A stretch of 64,000 nt of DNA from an uncultured bacterium (GCA_963807465.1 CAWECB010000002.1:18167-82166), one strand, 5' to 3'. Counted from the stretch's first letter, positions 19,532 to 30,418 are shown. Notes: generated from the sequence alone by a model not told the origin. A program made the numbers and translations.

Positions 19532-19963
19532 ATGATAATCGGCCAATACATCTACAATCTGGATCCAAAGAAGAGGCTCACTATTCCTACAAAATTTAGA
19601 AATGTACTTATCTGACGGCGCAGTATTAACGAGAGGAATAGACGGATGCCTTTTCCTATACCCGCAGAAAGAATGGGAAGCTTTAGCTGAAAAATTAAGC
19701 AAGCTTCCTTTGTCGCAAGGAAACGCAAGAAGCTTTGCGAGAGTGATGCTTGCCGGAGCCATGGATGTGCGAGTGGACAGCTTGGGAAGAATTTTAATTC
19801 CCGACTATTTAAAAGAATACGCAAATTGAAAAAAAGCGCGGTCATTGCTGGATTGTTCGACAGGATAGAAATCTGGGACGAAGAGAGATGGCAGAAATAC
19901 GGACAGACAACTGACACTCAAGTTGGAGACATAGCCGAAGGATTAAAAGAATTGGGGATATAA
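19532..19963 (+). pseudogene. mraZ: transcriptional regulator MraZ, two frame changes (one at an A7 run)
   Basis: MIIGQYIYNLDPKKRLTIPTKFRN / SDGAVLTRGIDGCLFLYPQKEWEALAEKLSKLPLSQ..GRILIPDYLKEYAN / LKKSAVIAGLFDRIEIWDEERW lie in three frames. Confidence 0.85.
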
Positions 19964-19965
19964 AT

Positions 19966-20838
19966 ATGCACATACCGGTATCTATTAAAGGAAATCATCG
20001 AATGCCTTGATTCGAAGCCGAATGAAAATTACATCGACTGCACGCTTAAACGGAGGGGGGCACACGAAAGAAATACTAAAAAGAAACGGACCCGATGGAA
20101 AAGTATTAGGCATAGAATTGGACAAAGAGATATTTGAAAAATAAAGTGGAAAAACAAGAGAGATTGATTCCAGTAAATGATTCGTACGTCAATGTGAAAA
20201 AGATAGTCTGAAGAGAATGATTTCAGAACATAAAAGGAATACTATTCGACATCGGAATGTCTTCCTACCACATTGATGAGGCGGAAAGGGGATTCAGCTT
20301 CCAGAAAGACGAACCGCTATTGATGAATTACGAAGTAAATGGATTGTCAGCCGAATAAATAGTGAACGAATGGAGGGAAGAAGAAATTGAGAAAATATTA
20401 AAGTGAATACGGAGAAGAAAAGTTCGTAGAAAGATAGCGAAAAAAATAGTTGAAAGAAGAAAGGAGAAAAGATAAAAAGCACCTTCCAGTTGGTAGATAT
20501 AGTCAAAGAAGCGACGCCCGGATATTACCACCACACCAAAATCCATTTTGCCACAAGAACATTCCAGGCGCTGCGAATAAGGGTAAATGACGAATTGGAT
20601 AACTTCCGCGGAACTCTCCCGGAAGCCTTAGAAATGTTGGAGAAAGAGGGAAGGTTAGTGGCCATTTCCTTCCACTCCTTCGAAGACAGGATAATAAAAG
20701 AATTCTTAAAGGAGAAAGGGAATAGAGGGGAGAGATTGAAAATATTAACCGAAAAGCCGATCACTCCGGGAAAAGAGGAAATACTCAACAATCCGAGAAG
20801 CTAGATCGTCCAAATTAAGAGCAGCCGTAAAGATATAA
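19966..20838 (+). pseudogene. rsmH: 16S rRNA (cytosine1402-N4)-methyltransferase RsmH, at least 8 frame changes or in-frame stops
   Basis: MHIPV.., [89 protein letters not shown] and [12 protein letters not shown] are colinear but scattered over all three frames. Confidence 0.85.
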
Positions 20839-20842
20839 TAAC

Positions 20843-21143
20843 ATGACCATAGCCAAAACTGATTCGCAAAGATTTTTCGTGATTTCAGAACCCTGCATCA
20901 ATATTCCTAGTTTGCTTTTATATCTTCCAGATAGTAAAATTAACCGAGGCGAATTACTTAATCGGACAGAAGGAAAGCGAGGTGAAACAATTAAAGAAAG
21001 ATACCGCCCAATTGGAGCTTTCGGTGTCGGAAGAAAGGAACTTGAGTAACTTTGAGGCAAAGGTTTCGGAGGATGGATACCAGAAGATCAATAATGTCAA
21101 CTATATCGTAGTTTCTGAAGCGTCTCTAGCCTCGGCAAAATAA
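20843..21143 (+). pseudogene. FtsL-like cell division protein, at least one frame change
   Basis: TM segment ASIFLVCFYIFQIV followed by coiled-coil KLTEANYLIGQKESEVKQLKKDTAQLELSVSEE. It lies between rsmH and ftsI, and its stop overlaps the ftsI ATG. Confidence 0.5.
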
Positions 21144-22872
21144 TGGCCATGGTCAATAATACAAGACTGAATATCGTCATAATAGTCGTCTTTTTGATGG
21201 GGGGGATAGTTTTATCCCGCTTATTTTATTTACAGATAAAAGAAGGTAATTATTACAAAGCGATGGCGGAAGGACAGCAGAACTCAATCTCCGAAGTCGA
21301 GGGCGCAAGAGGACAGGTCTATTTCAAAAACGGGGAATTACTGGCGAGGACGAAGACGAGCCATATCTTTTCATTTCACCGGAGGAAATCACGGACAAAG
21401 ACAAGACAGCTTATGATATTTCGCAAACCGTGGGAATCGACAAGGATACAATCCTTAATCTTATGGCCAAAGCGGGAAGTTATTACGAAGTAATCAAGTA
21501 TAATTTGAGCAAAGACGAAACGGATAAAATTAACAATCTCGATTTCAAGGGTGCTTACATCGGATATAAGACTAAGAGGTATTACCCCCAGGACGAGACG
21601 CCTGCCAACTGATCGGATTCATCAATGAAGATGGAGTGGGCCAGTACGGAATCGAAGGATATTATAACGACATATTGAAAGGAAAGACGGCCCTCCAGAA
21701 GCAGGAAAAGAACCCCTGGGGATTCTTATTCTCCTTAACGACGAACGATTCGATGGACGGAGCGTCGCTTGCCACGACCATCGATTACAATATCCAGTTT
21801 GAAGCCGAAAAAGCTGTTACAGGATGGAGTGGAAAAATACGGGGCGGAAGGGGGGCAAATCATCGTCATGGACCCGTCGACCGGAGAGATTATCGCCATG
21901 GCTCAATATCCCAATTTCGACCCGAATAACTATCAGATCGAAAGATGGAAGATTTCCAGAACTCCGCCGTAGAAAAGTTATTTGAACCCGGCTCTATATT
22001 CAAGCCAATAACCATGTCCGCGGCCATAAACGAAAACACAGTCGCTCCCGATACGGTATTCGACGATAAGCTCGGCTATGCCCAATTCGGCACTTATAAG
22101 GTGTATAATTACACTGATAAGGATTGGGGTAAGGTGACTATGACCCAGGTATTACAAGAATTCTATCAATACCGGCGTAATGTTCGCCGAAAGAACGATG
22201 GGAGACGACAAATTCTATAATTATCTGGATAAATTCGGATTCTTCGAAGATACCGGGGTGGATCTTTCGGGAGAAGTATATTCCGAAAACAACGAAATAA
22301 AAAAAGCATACAATAATCGCAATTCCGAAGTGACTTTCGGCACCACCGCTTTCGGACAGGGAATAGCGATGACACCTCTCCAAATGGTAAGGTCTTTTTC
22401 GGCAATCATCAACGGAGGAAAACTTATGAAGCCCTATATAGTTAAGGAAATAGATAAAGGAGGAACAAAGCAGGAGATACAGCCACAGGTCATAAGGGAC
22501 AACATTATTTCCGCCGAAACGAGTTTAAAATTGAAAAACATGATGATCAACGTAGTCGAATCCGGATTCGGCAACCTGGCCAAGATCCCCGGCTACTATA
22601 TTGGCGGAAAAACCGGAACAGCCCAAGTTCCTTATACCTCTCTCGGAATAAACAAGTCGGGATATTCAGACCACACCTGGCAAACATTCATGGGTTTCGC
22701 TCCGGCCCTCGATCCCAAGTTCATAGCTTTAGTTAAACTCGACAACCCGACCAAGACGAAAACATCCGAATATTCAGCCGTGCCCATCTTCCACGATTTG
22801 GCTAAATATATTTTCGACTACTGGCAGATTCCGCCCGATTATGACGCTTCGCAACCTTTGGACAAAAAGTAG
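21143..22872 (+). pseudogene. ftsI: penicillin-binding protein 2 / FtsI transpeptidase, about 5 frame changes in the first 1050 nt, 3-prime 690 nt intact
   Basis: N-terminal TM segment, YYPQDETPAN/LIGFINEDGVGQYGIEGYY, IIVMDPSTGEIIAMAQYPNFDPN, SxxK (PGSIFKP), SxN (NSINTG), KTG (GGKTGTAQ). Confidence 0.85.
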
Positions 22873-22899
22873 TTTTCGTGATATTTACTATTAGATATT

Positions 22900-22972
22900 G
22901 GTCCCATCGTCTAGAGGCCCAGGACATTAGATTCTCAATCTAAGAACACCGGTTCGAATCCGGTTGGGACCG
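22900..22972 (+). tRNA. tRNA-Glu (anticodon CTC)
   Basis: Cloverleaf with acceptor GGTCCCA/TGGGACC, D-arm TCTAGAGGCCCAGGAC typical of tRNA-Glu, anticodon loop TTCTCAA and T-arm ACCGGTTCGAATCCGGT. No CCA is encoded. Confidence 0.9.
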
Positions 22973-23009
22973 CATATTAGTTTCCATTATTATTAATTAA
23001 AATATAAAG

Positions 23010-23987
23010 ATGGATTCCTCTTTAACTTTCTATATCTCTTTATTCTTCATTTGCTGCGCCGCTTTCTGGTTTTCCGGCAATCTGGTAGTGAAAAGTCTTA
23101 TGAGGATATCCCGCTCGCTGGGGTGGAAAGAATTCGTGGCTTCTTTCCTGATAATGTCTATCGCTGGCTCTCTGCCAAACCTTTTTGTCGATATTTCTTC
23201 CGCTTTTGCTCATAAGTCCCAGTTGGGTTTTGGTGATATGGTCGGCGGTAATATAGTTGACTTAACCCTGTCGATTGCCCTAGCAGCTCTCTTTTCCCGC
23301 AGAGGAATCCCGGCTAAAAGTCGCACCATTCAAAAGACGATTCTATTCAACGGCGCTGTGGCTGCTCTACCTATAATAATGGCCCTAAAGGGTTCCTTGA
23401 CCAGATTCGACGGCATCATCTTGGTTTTACTATATTTTGCCTATATCGGATGGATATTTTCCAAAAAAGAAAACTTTTCAAAAAATTGTGATGAAGTTGG
23501 AGAAAGTAAGAAAAGAAATAAATTCTCTGCATCCGAAATCATCAAGCTGTTAACGGGCTTGGGAATATATTTAGTCGCCGCTCAAGGGATAGTGGCCTCA
23601 GCTAACTTTTTTTCAATTTCTTTGAATATTTCGATACTGGTTATCGGCCTTGTTGTGGTCGGGCTTGGCAATTGCGCTCCCGAAATGTATTTTGCCGCTG
23701 CCTCTGCCATTAAAGGCAATGATGATCACGATTGGATGATTTTAGGTGATCTAATGGGATGTGTTATTGCTCCAGCCACTTTGGTCATAGGTTTAGTTGC
23801 GATCATATATCCGGTAAATCTGGCAGGAATGATGCACAATGTCTGGCTCAGCGGTATTTTCTTGCTTCTTGCCATAGCCGTCTTTACTTTATTTTCCAGA
23901 AGCGATCAGCATATAACTAAAAAGGAGGCTACCATATTACTGTTTATTTATATATTTTTTATAATCGCTGAAATTTTTGTTAAATAG
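23010..23987 (+). CDS. Ca2+/cation antiporter (CaCA, YrbG-like sodium:calcium exchanger)
   Basis: 325 aa polytopic protein with two alpha-repeat motifs (GGNIVDLTLSIA and GNCAPEMYFAAASA). Confidence 0.75.
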   Translation: MDSSLTFYISLFFICCAAFWFSGNLVVKSLMRISRSLGWKEFVASFLIMSIAGSLPNLFVDISSAFAHKSQLGFGDMVGGNIVDLTLSIALAALFSRRGIPAKSRTIQKTILFNGAVAALPIIMALKGSLTRFDGIILVLLYFAYIGWIFSKKENFSKNCDEVGESKKRNKFSASEIIKLLTGLGIYLVAAQGIVASANFFSISLNISILVIGLVVVGLGNCAPEMYFAAASAIKGNDDHDWMILGDLMGCVIAPATLVIGLVAIIYPVNLAGMMHNVWLSGIFLLLAIAVFTLFSRSDQHITKKEATILLFIYIFFIIAEIFVK

Positions 23988-24074
23988 ATTTGACATATAA
24001 ATATTTTCGCTTATAATCTCTTTGGAGGTTTAAAAACGGTTGCCATAAGGATTGACCTGCTAACGGCAGGATTA

Positions 24075-24338
24075 ATGATGAATGAAAGAGATGAGATAGC
24101 GGGTAAGGTCAAAGAGATTGCCCTAAAAATCAACCACGAAATGATTGTAGCTGAAATAGGGGGAAAACTCCTTTACAGAAACACGCCCTTGTCGCCATAC
24201 ATAAGGATAGCCTGCCCAGAATGGAGAGTCGTTGACCTTGTAGAGGCTTTTGAGTCTCTTGGAGTCGACATCGTCGCCAACGGAAAATTCATCCAGGCAT
24301 CACCAAAGAAAACGTCCGAGACCACTTCCGGGAAGTGA
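24075..24338 (+). CDS. hypothetical protein
   Basis: 87 aa ORF. I recognise no family. Confidence 0.35.
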   Translation: MMNERDEIAGKVKEIALKINHEMIVAEIGGKLLYRNTPLSPYIRIACPEWRVVDLVEAFESLGVDIVANGKFIQASPKKTSETTSGK

Positions 24339-24442
24339 GGACGGTAAAAATAATCACTCTTAGGTCTCTTTTTGTATACAATCATTGACTCCTGGGCAAG
24401 AACGTGATATAAACAAGACTGTATTAATTAACTTAGAAAACT

Positions 24443-24754
24443 ATGTTGGCAGTAATAAAAACAGGGGGAAAGCAGTACAAAGTTACTCCCGGACAGAAGA
24501 TAAAAATAGAGAAGCTGGAGAATAATGTGGGGGACGAAGTAGTCTTCGACAGCGTACTTTTAGTAGATAATGAAAAAGAAGTTTCAATAGGAAATCCTTT
24601 GGTAAAAGGGGCTAAGGTCTTAGGAAAGGTATTGAACCAGGACAAGCACGACAAGGTCATAATCTATAAGTATAAACCCAAGAAAAGATATAGACTGAAA
24701 AAGGGCCACAGACAGCCCTTTACGGAAGTAGAAATCGTAAAGATAGAAAACTAG
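24443..24754 (+). CDS. rplU: 50S ribosomal protein L21
   Basis: MLAVIKTGGKQYKVTPGQKIKIEKL...YKPKKRYRLKKGHRQPFTEVEI is canonical L21. Confidence 0.9.
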   Translation: MLAVIKTGGKQYKVTPGQKIKIEKLENNVGDEVVFDSVLLVDNEKEVSIGNPLVKGAKVLGKVLNQDKHDKVIIYKYKPKKRYRLKKGHRQPFTEVEIVKIEN

Positions 24755-26163
24755 AATCCCACATCTCCTTCAACGAAATCGCGGCCTGTTTCAATATTCC
24801 TGAAGCAGGCTCTTTGTTTATCAAAGAATAATTCAACTCTTCCGATAGGACCATTTCTGTGCTTGGCGACGATAATGTCGGCGATGCCTTTCCTCGGAGT
24901 TTCTTCATTGTAAGCATCATCCCTATAGATGAGCAAAACAACGTCGGCATCCTGCTCGAGTGCGCCCGATTCACGGAGATCGGACAATCTCGGAATCTTC
25001 GGAGTCCTCTGTTCTACCGCCCTGGATAATTGAGAAAGGGCCAACACGGGTACATTTAATTCTCTCGCAAGACCCTTGAGCTGCCTTGATATCTCCGTTA
25101 TTTGCTGGACGCTGCTCATTATTTTATTGTTCGGCTCGATCAATTGCAAATAGTCGATGATGATAATGCCGAGCCCGTGACTGGCCTGTAACCTCCTTGC
25201 CATAGCCCTCATTTGAAGGACGGTACAGCTTGAAGCATCGTCAATGAATATGGGAGCTTCGGAAAGGGTGCCCAGAGCGTGCTGAATACAGACAAAGTCA
25301 TTATTCTCTCCTTCGGAAGACAAATGTCCCTGCCTTATCTTCCACGAATCAATGTTTGATTCCGAACTGATCAATCTGTCTATCAGCTGGTCTTTTGACA
25401 TTTCAAGAGAAAATAATCCCACGGACTTCTTTTCTTTAAGGGCCACATTCTTTGCAATGTCCAAAGCGAGACTACTTTTACCCATGGACGGCCTAGCAGC
25501 CAGAATAATTAAATCTGAATTCTGCAATCCTGATAAAATGGTATCCAGGCCCTTAAATCCGGTTGAAATACCCCTCAAGTTTCCTTTATGCTTAGATATC
25601 CTGTCAATCCTGTCAAAAGCCTCTTCGAGAAATGGCTTAATTGGTAAAAACGCTTGGGTTAAGTTCTTTTGGGTTATCCCGAATATTCTTCTCTCGGCGC
25701 TGTCCAAAAGCTCATCGGCATCGTTTTCCTCGTCGTATCCCATTACGCTTATCTCCTCTCCGGCCTGGATCAAATCCCTCAAAATCCTTTTTTTCTGAAC
25801 TATCTTGGCATAAGTTGAAACATGGCTGGCCGTGGGAACCGTGTTAATGAGTTCGGTCAAATAAGAAGTCCCTCCCACGTCTTCCAGCTGGTTCTTTTCT
25901 TTAAGCCTCGAAGAAACGGAAATGAGGTCGATGGGTTCGCCCCTGGCGAAAAGCTCCTCGATTACCTGATAAATCTGTTGGTGGTTCTTCTTGTAGAAGT
26001 CTTCTGTATGCAAAATATCGGCAACTTTAGTTATTGCCTCCTTATCAAGCATTAATGAGCCCAACAGGCTCTTTTCCGCCTCTATATCCTGGGGCGGCAG
26101 TTTTGCATTTGAAAAATCTCCTTTCATTAAGTATAATGTACCAAACAAAAAAATAAACGTCAA
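24751..26163 (-). CDS. dnaB: replicative DNA helicase DnaB (likely start ATG 26127)
   Basis: PPQDIEAEKSLLGSLMLD, Walker A ARPSMGKSSLAL, IIIDYLQL, ALSQLSR and LRESGALEQDADVVLLIYR. Confidence 0.9.
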   Translation of the reverse strand: MTFIFLFGTLYLMKGDFSNAKLPPQDIEAEKSLLGSLMLDKEAITKVADILHTEDFYKKNHQQIYQVIEELFARGEPIDLISVSSRLKEKNQLEDVGGTSYLTELINTVPTASHVSTYAKIVQKKRILRDLIQAGEEISVMGYDEENDADELLDSAERRIFGITQKNLTQAFLPIKPFLEEAFDRIDRISKHKGNLRGISTGFKGLDTILSGLQNSDLIILAARPSMGKSSLALDIAKNVALKEKKSVGLFSLEMSKDQLIDRLISSESNIDSWKIRQGHLSSEGENNDFVCIQHALGTLSEAPIFIDDASSCTVLQMRAMARRLQASHGLGIIIIDYLQLIEPNNKIMSSVQQITEISRQLKGLARELNVPVLALSQLSRAVEQRTPKIPRLSDLRESGALEQDADVVLLIYRDDAYNEETPRKGIADIIVAKHRNGPIGRVELFFDKQRACFRNIETGRDFVEGDVGF

Positions 26164-26177
26164 TCCGCGTCAATTTT

Positions 26178-27305
26178 ATGAAAGTAGGCTTTATTTCTTT
26201 CCATTCCTTCAGTAACCCGGGCGGGGTAAAGAACCATATAATGGGATTATCCAAAGAATTCGAGAAAAGGGGAGTGGAAACAAGAATAATCGTTCCGAGA
26301 AGAAAGCTGGTGGAAAAATACGGCAAGAACGTAATTATCCTCGGAACGTCAATACCTTTTAATATCGCCGGAACGCAGGGTGATTTTTGTTTTAACCTGA
26401 ATCCTATGGCAATTAGCAGAATGATGAAAAAGGAAAAGTTCGACGTCCTTCACTTCCACAATTTCGTTGTTCCTTCCGCTTTACAGATTTTAGAAAAATC
26501 AAAATGCTTGAACATCATGACCTTTCACGCCAATATGGAAGCCATGCCGATGCTTGAAAGAGAAAGTATAAACAACATGTTCGTCGAAAAGATGAATGAG
26601 AAGATGCATGGCATAATCGGCGTTGCTTCTTTCAATCTCGACATGTTCAATGATTTCAAGGGTCCGAAAAAGGTGATACCCAACGGCATTGACCTTAATG
26701 AATTCAATCCGCAGATTTCAGGGCTGGATAAATTCGATAAAAATAAGATAAACATTTTATTTTTGGGGAGGATTGAAGAAAGGAAGGGCCTGATTTATCT
26801 TTTGGAAGCCTACAGGCTCCTTCAGGAAAAGTATGATAATCTCCGCCTGATAATCGTCGGAGACGGACCGTTAAAAAAAGACTGCAAGAAATTTGCAGAG
26901 GATAACAACTTGAGGGAAATATATTGGGAAGGGGAAAAAACCGGTCCGGCCGCAAGAAGGTATTTTTCAACCTGCGATATTTACTGCAGCCCAGCCGTAT
27001 TCGGAGAAAGCTTCGGCATCGTTTTATTAGAGGCCATGGCCTGCGGAAAGCCGATAACCGGATTCGCCAACGGCGGATACAAGGAACTACTTAAGGGGAC
27101 AAAGGGAGAAGAATTCCTCGCTAAACCCAAAGATTTCACGGGACTGGCTGACAAATTAGAAAAGCTAATCAAGGATGAAATTCTGAGAAAAGAAATGGGG
27201 GAGTGGGGGTTGGAAGAGGTCAAAAAATATTCATGGGAAAAGATAGCCGATCAGGTTTTGGATTTTTACGCTCTGTGCAGAACAAATTTTGACAAGAAAA
27301 AATAG
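26178..27305 (+). CDS. glycosyltransferase family 4 (GT-B)
   Basis: GGVKNHIMGL N-domain, RIEERKGL..LIIVGDGP and ESFGIVLLEAMACGKPI (E-x7-E region). Confidence 0.8.
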   Translation: MKVGFISFHSFSNPGGVKNHIMGLSKEFEKRGVETRIIVPRRKLVEKYGKNVIILGTSIPFNIAGTQGDFCFNLNPMAISRMMKKEKFDVLHFHNFVVPSALQILEKSKCLNIMTFHANMEAMPMLERESINNMFVEKMNEKMHGIIGVASFNLDMFNDFKGPKKVIPNGIDLNEFNPQISGLDKFDKNKINILFLGRIEERKGLIYLLEAYRLLQEKYDNLRLIIVGDGPLKKDCKKFAEDNNLREIYWEGEKTGPAARRYFSTCDIYCSPAVFGESFGIVLLEAMACGKPITGFANGGYKELLKGTKGEEFLAKPKDFTGLADKLEKLIKDEILRKEMGEWGLEEVKKYSWEKIADQVLDFYALCRTNFDKKK

Positions 27306-27345
27306 AAATGGTATTTTATCTCTGGCACATTTTGCCGTGATACTT

Positions 27346-27660
27346 ATGGAGTTTGGGGAATTATTCGCTGGAAAAAAGGCCGCACTGGCCCATCTTGAAA
27401 AGAACGCCGATTATCTGATGGGGTTGGCGAGACAAGAAGCCATAAATCGCGGGCATAAAATCGATCGCATCGTTAGGATTATGACCACGATGTCCTACAA
27501 GAAGTTCGACACTGACACGATAGCCGACCAGAAAGAAACGGACGACATATTCGTCATCGACTCTTCCAAAGCAAAACGCATATCGGAATATACCAGTACT
27601 GGCTTCGAATTCCGCCGGCAGATCGACGGATACGACTACAAGATAACTGTCATCTTCTAA
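27346..27660 (+). CDS. hypothetical protein
   Basis: ORF 27289..27660 starts at a TTG that overlaps the GT4 gene, so the internal ATG 27346 is more plausible. No family recognised. Confidence 0.35.
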   Translation: MEFGELFAGKKAALAHLEKNADYLMGLARQEAINRGHKIDRIVRIMTTMSYKKFDTDTIADQKETDDIFVIDSSKAKRISEYTSTGFEFRRQIDGYDYKITVIF

Positions 27661-27674
27661 CCAACCTACAAATT

Positions 27675-29143
27675 TTATGTAGGTTGTACTTTTTTAATAA
27701 TAGTTTTCTCTCCGGAGTCTTCAACGGTCCACCCCGTCTTTTCTATCTCTTTTCTTACTTCATCCGCCTTATCCCATTCTTTCTTTTTTCTTAATCCTTC
27801 TCTTTTTTGAATAAATTTCATAATTACTTTAGGAACGATGCTTGTGTCGCTTGTCCAGACGGGAATACCGTCTTTTTCTGTTTTAATGAAATATTTTGAA
27901 TCACTTACGTCTTTCGATTTGACTGAAGAAAGGCTTAATCCGAAAACCTTGTCGAAATCAATCAATAAATCGTATTTTTCCCGTCGGATAGTTCTTTGTC
28001 TTTCAACACGTCCCAAGCTATAGCCAAGGCGGAAGGAATATTTAAATCGTCATCGATGAAATCAATGAACTTATTTTCGTATTCGTTCAAATTTCTTTGA
28101 ATGTTTTTTTCTTTTGCCCTATTAGCCAATTCGGAAACCTTTTCGTAAAGCCTGTTCAAGCTGTTCTCCGGCGAATTCGACGCTTTCATCGCTGAAATAA
28201 GTTTTGAACGATAATGAGTTCCCAAACACAGATAACGGTAGGCGAGGGGAGCAACTGCCTTTTTCGGTTAAGCTCGACAAGGTGGCGATATTACCCAAGG
28301 ACTTACTCATTTTACCTTCCTTAACGATCAGGAATTCCCCGTGGAGCCAATAATTGCACATGTGTTTGCCGTATGCGGCTTCGGCTTGAGCAATCTCATT
28401 CGTATGGTGAATGAATATATGGTCGATTCCTCCGCAGTGGATATCAAAAGGAATCCCTAAATTATTCACACTCATGACTACGCACTCGGTGTGCCAGCCG
28501 GGAAAACCTACTCCCCAGGGAGAATCCCACTCCATCTGCCTTTTTTCGCTCTTAGGGCTGAATTTCCAGAGAGCGAAAGTCACATCTGTGTCTTTTTTCC
28601 TTGATCTCCTTCTATCCTTGCTTTGGTTTCTTTTCTTTCACTCTGTCCCCATAATCTTCCGTATTTCTCTAATTTCGACGTGTCGAAATACACTCCGTCG
28701 TCTAAGAATATAGGTGAATCCTTTATCCTCCAGTTTCTTGATTAGTTCTATCTGGTCCTTAATCGTATCCGTTGCCTTAATCCAGACATTCGGTTCGACA
28801 ATATTCAATGATTTTAATATCCTTCTTGAAAAAGTCCGTATAGAACTTGGCGATTTCCCAGACGGTCTTTCTTTCTTTCTTCGCTTCTTTTTCCAGTTTG
28901 TCTTCTCCAGTGTCGGAATCGGAAGTCAAATGCCCGACATCGGTGATGTTCATCACGTGCTTAACCTTATATCCGTTATACATTAAAACCCTCTTTAAAA
29001 GGTCTTCAAAGAGATAAGTCCGCATATTGCCGATGTGGGCGAACCAATAGACGGTCGGTCCGCAGGTGTACATGTCCGACTTCCTTGCCTTTAATTGATT
29101 TGAATTCTTCTTTTTTCTTGGTTAAGGTGTTGTATAGTTTCAT
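27675..29143 (-). pseudogene. cysS: cysteine--tRNA ligase, multiple frame changes
   Basis: [68 protein letters not shown] and the C-terminal KKEWDKADEVRKEIEKTGWTVED are spread over at least 5 ORF fragments. Confidence 0.85.
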
Positions 29144-29174
29144 GATTCCCATTATATCATTAATTTATTTTTTA

Positions 29175-30032
29175 TTAAAGATACCTTTCTCCGCGGTCGG
29201 GGAAGACGGTCACGATATTCACTCCCGGATTTTCAAGTCCGATCAGCCTTGAAAGATACATGGCCGCCCCAGAACTTGGTCCGACGAGGATTCCAGCCTT
29301 AGCGATTTCTTCCCTGGTTATAAGGCTTTCTCCGCCTCCAAGGTCATACACTTCATCTATAATTCAAAATTAATAATGGGGGGAACAAATCCGTCCTTAA
29401 AAGACCTTAATCCTTCTATAGTTTGGCCCTGGACTGGCTGGACTCCGATTATCTTTAATCTTCGGGATATTTTTCCTTCAATCTTTTTCCTATCCCGGTA
29501 ATGGTTCCGCCCGTTCCCATGCCGGCGACGAAGTAATCTATGCTTCCTTCCATCTGCTCCAATATCTCTTCGGCGGTTCCCTTGTAATGGGCCGAAGGAT
29601 TGGCAATATTGTCATACTGGTTCAAGAATACTAGGTTTTCGTCCTTGGATGCCATTTCCTCTGATGTCATCCAATACGCAACTTCTCTAAATTTAAATTT
29701 TCAACCAAGATTATCTTCTCCTCCGAAAGCCTTAATCATCTTGATCTTTTCCTTGCTGGTACTTTCGGGCATGACCACTTGTCTTGTATCCCTTCATGGA
29801 GGCCACCATGGCTAATCCGACACCGGTATTCCCGCTGGTCGGTTCTATAATGGTGTCTCCCTTCTTTAATATTCCCGCCTTCTCGGCTTCGTTGATCATA
29901 TTCAAGGCAATCCTGTCCTTGATCGAACCCGCCGGGATTGAATCCTTCCATTTTGGCGAATATCTTGCTGCCGTTATTCTCTTCTATTTTTACTAATGGC
30001 GTATTGCCGATGTATTCCAGAATCGTTTTCAT
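29175..30032 (-). pseudogene. cysK: cysteine synthase (O-acetylserine sulfhydrylase), multiple frame changes
   Basis: [35 protein letters not shown], then in other frames [41 protein letters not shown] and GPSSGAAMYLS. Confidence 0.8.
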
Positions 30033-30039
30033 GTATTTA

Positions 30040-30197
30040 TGTTTATATTAAACAAAAAATCTCTTGTTAAGAGATTAGTTATGTTGATTAAATTAAAGAA
30101 AAACTAATCTCTTAGTCTAGAGGAGGGCACAGGCAACAGATTAGATTAGTTTCGTATTTCATACTTTTTATTTTAGCAGAGAAAAAACCATTGTCAA
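30040..30197 (-). promoter_or_regulatory. cysK promoter (TTGACA at 30197-30192, TAAAAT) and leader with three mutually exclusive helices (attenuator-like)
   Basis: The minus-strand leader has four segments. A is AAACTAATCT, B is AGAGATTAGTTT, C is CTAATCTCTT and D is AAGAGATT followed by TTTTT. A:B gives 10 bp, B:C gives 10 bp, and C:D plus the U-run forms a terminator. Confidence 0.4.
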
Positions 30198-30237
30198 GAA
30201 ATTTGACATTATCTGTGTCATAGCATAATATCATCTT

Positions 30238-30418
30238 GTCGCACATTAACATCGGAATAGGGCTTGTCAGAGACGTATCGCGGTTAGTGTGTCGACCTGG
30301 AGGTGATCCGTTTCAGGGGCTTGTGTGCGCCCCCACTGTGGAGAAAGGAGAATGTCTGACTTAACCATACTCCTTGTCTCCACTTTATCAATTAATCATG
30401 AGCGTAGGCTCTTTTTTT
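30238..30418 (+). ncRNA. candidate small RNA unit 1 (promoter TTGACA 30203-08 / TAATAT 30226-31; weak hairpin + T7 end)
   Basis: The consensus promoter has a 17-nt spacer. Internal hairpins are GGGGC..GCCCC and TGGAGAAAGGAG..CTCCTTGTCTCCA. It contains GGAGGTGATCC (30299-30309). The only ORF reads through the next promoter. Confidence 0.3.

Noticed and set aside
19532-22200. Possible alternative genetic code (UGA as Gly or Trp, as in SR1/Gracilibacteria or Mollicutes) to explain in-frame TGA codons in rsmH and neighbours
   Set aside because: Most breaks are true frame changes: the homology continues in a different frame. At least one in-frame stop is TAA. Very long ORFs (843-1269 aa) elsewhere in the same low-GC block are intact under the standard code, and TGA ends some genes (msrB fragment, ORF 61871..62071).
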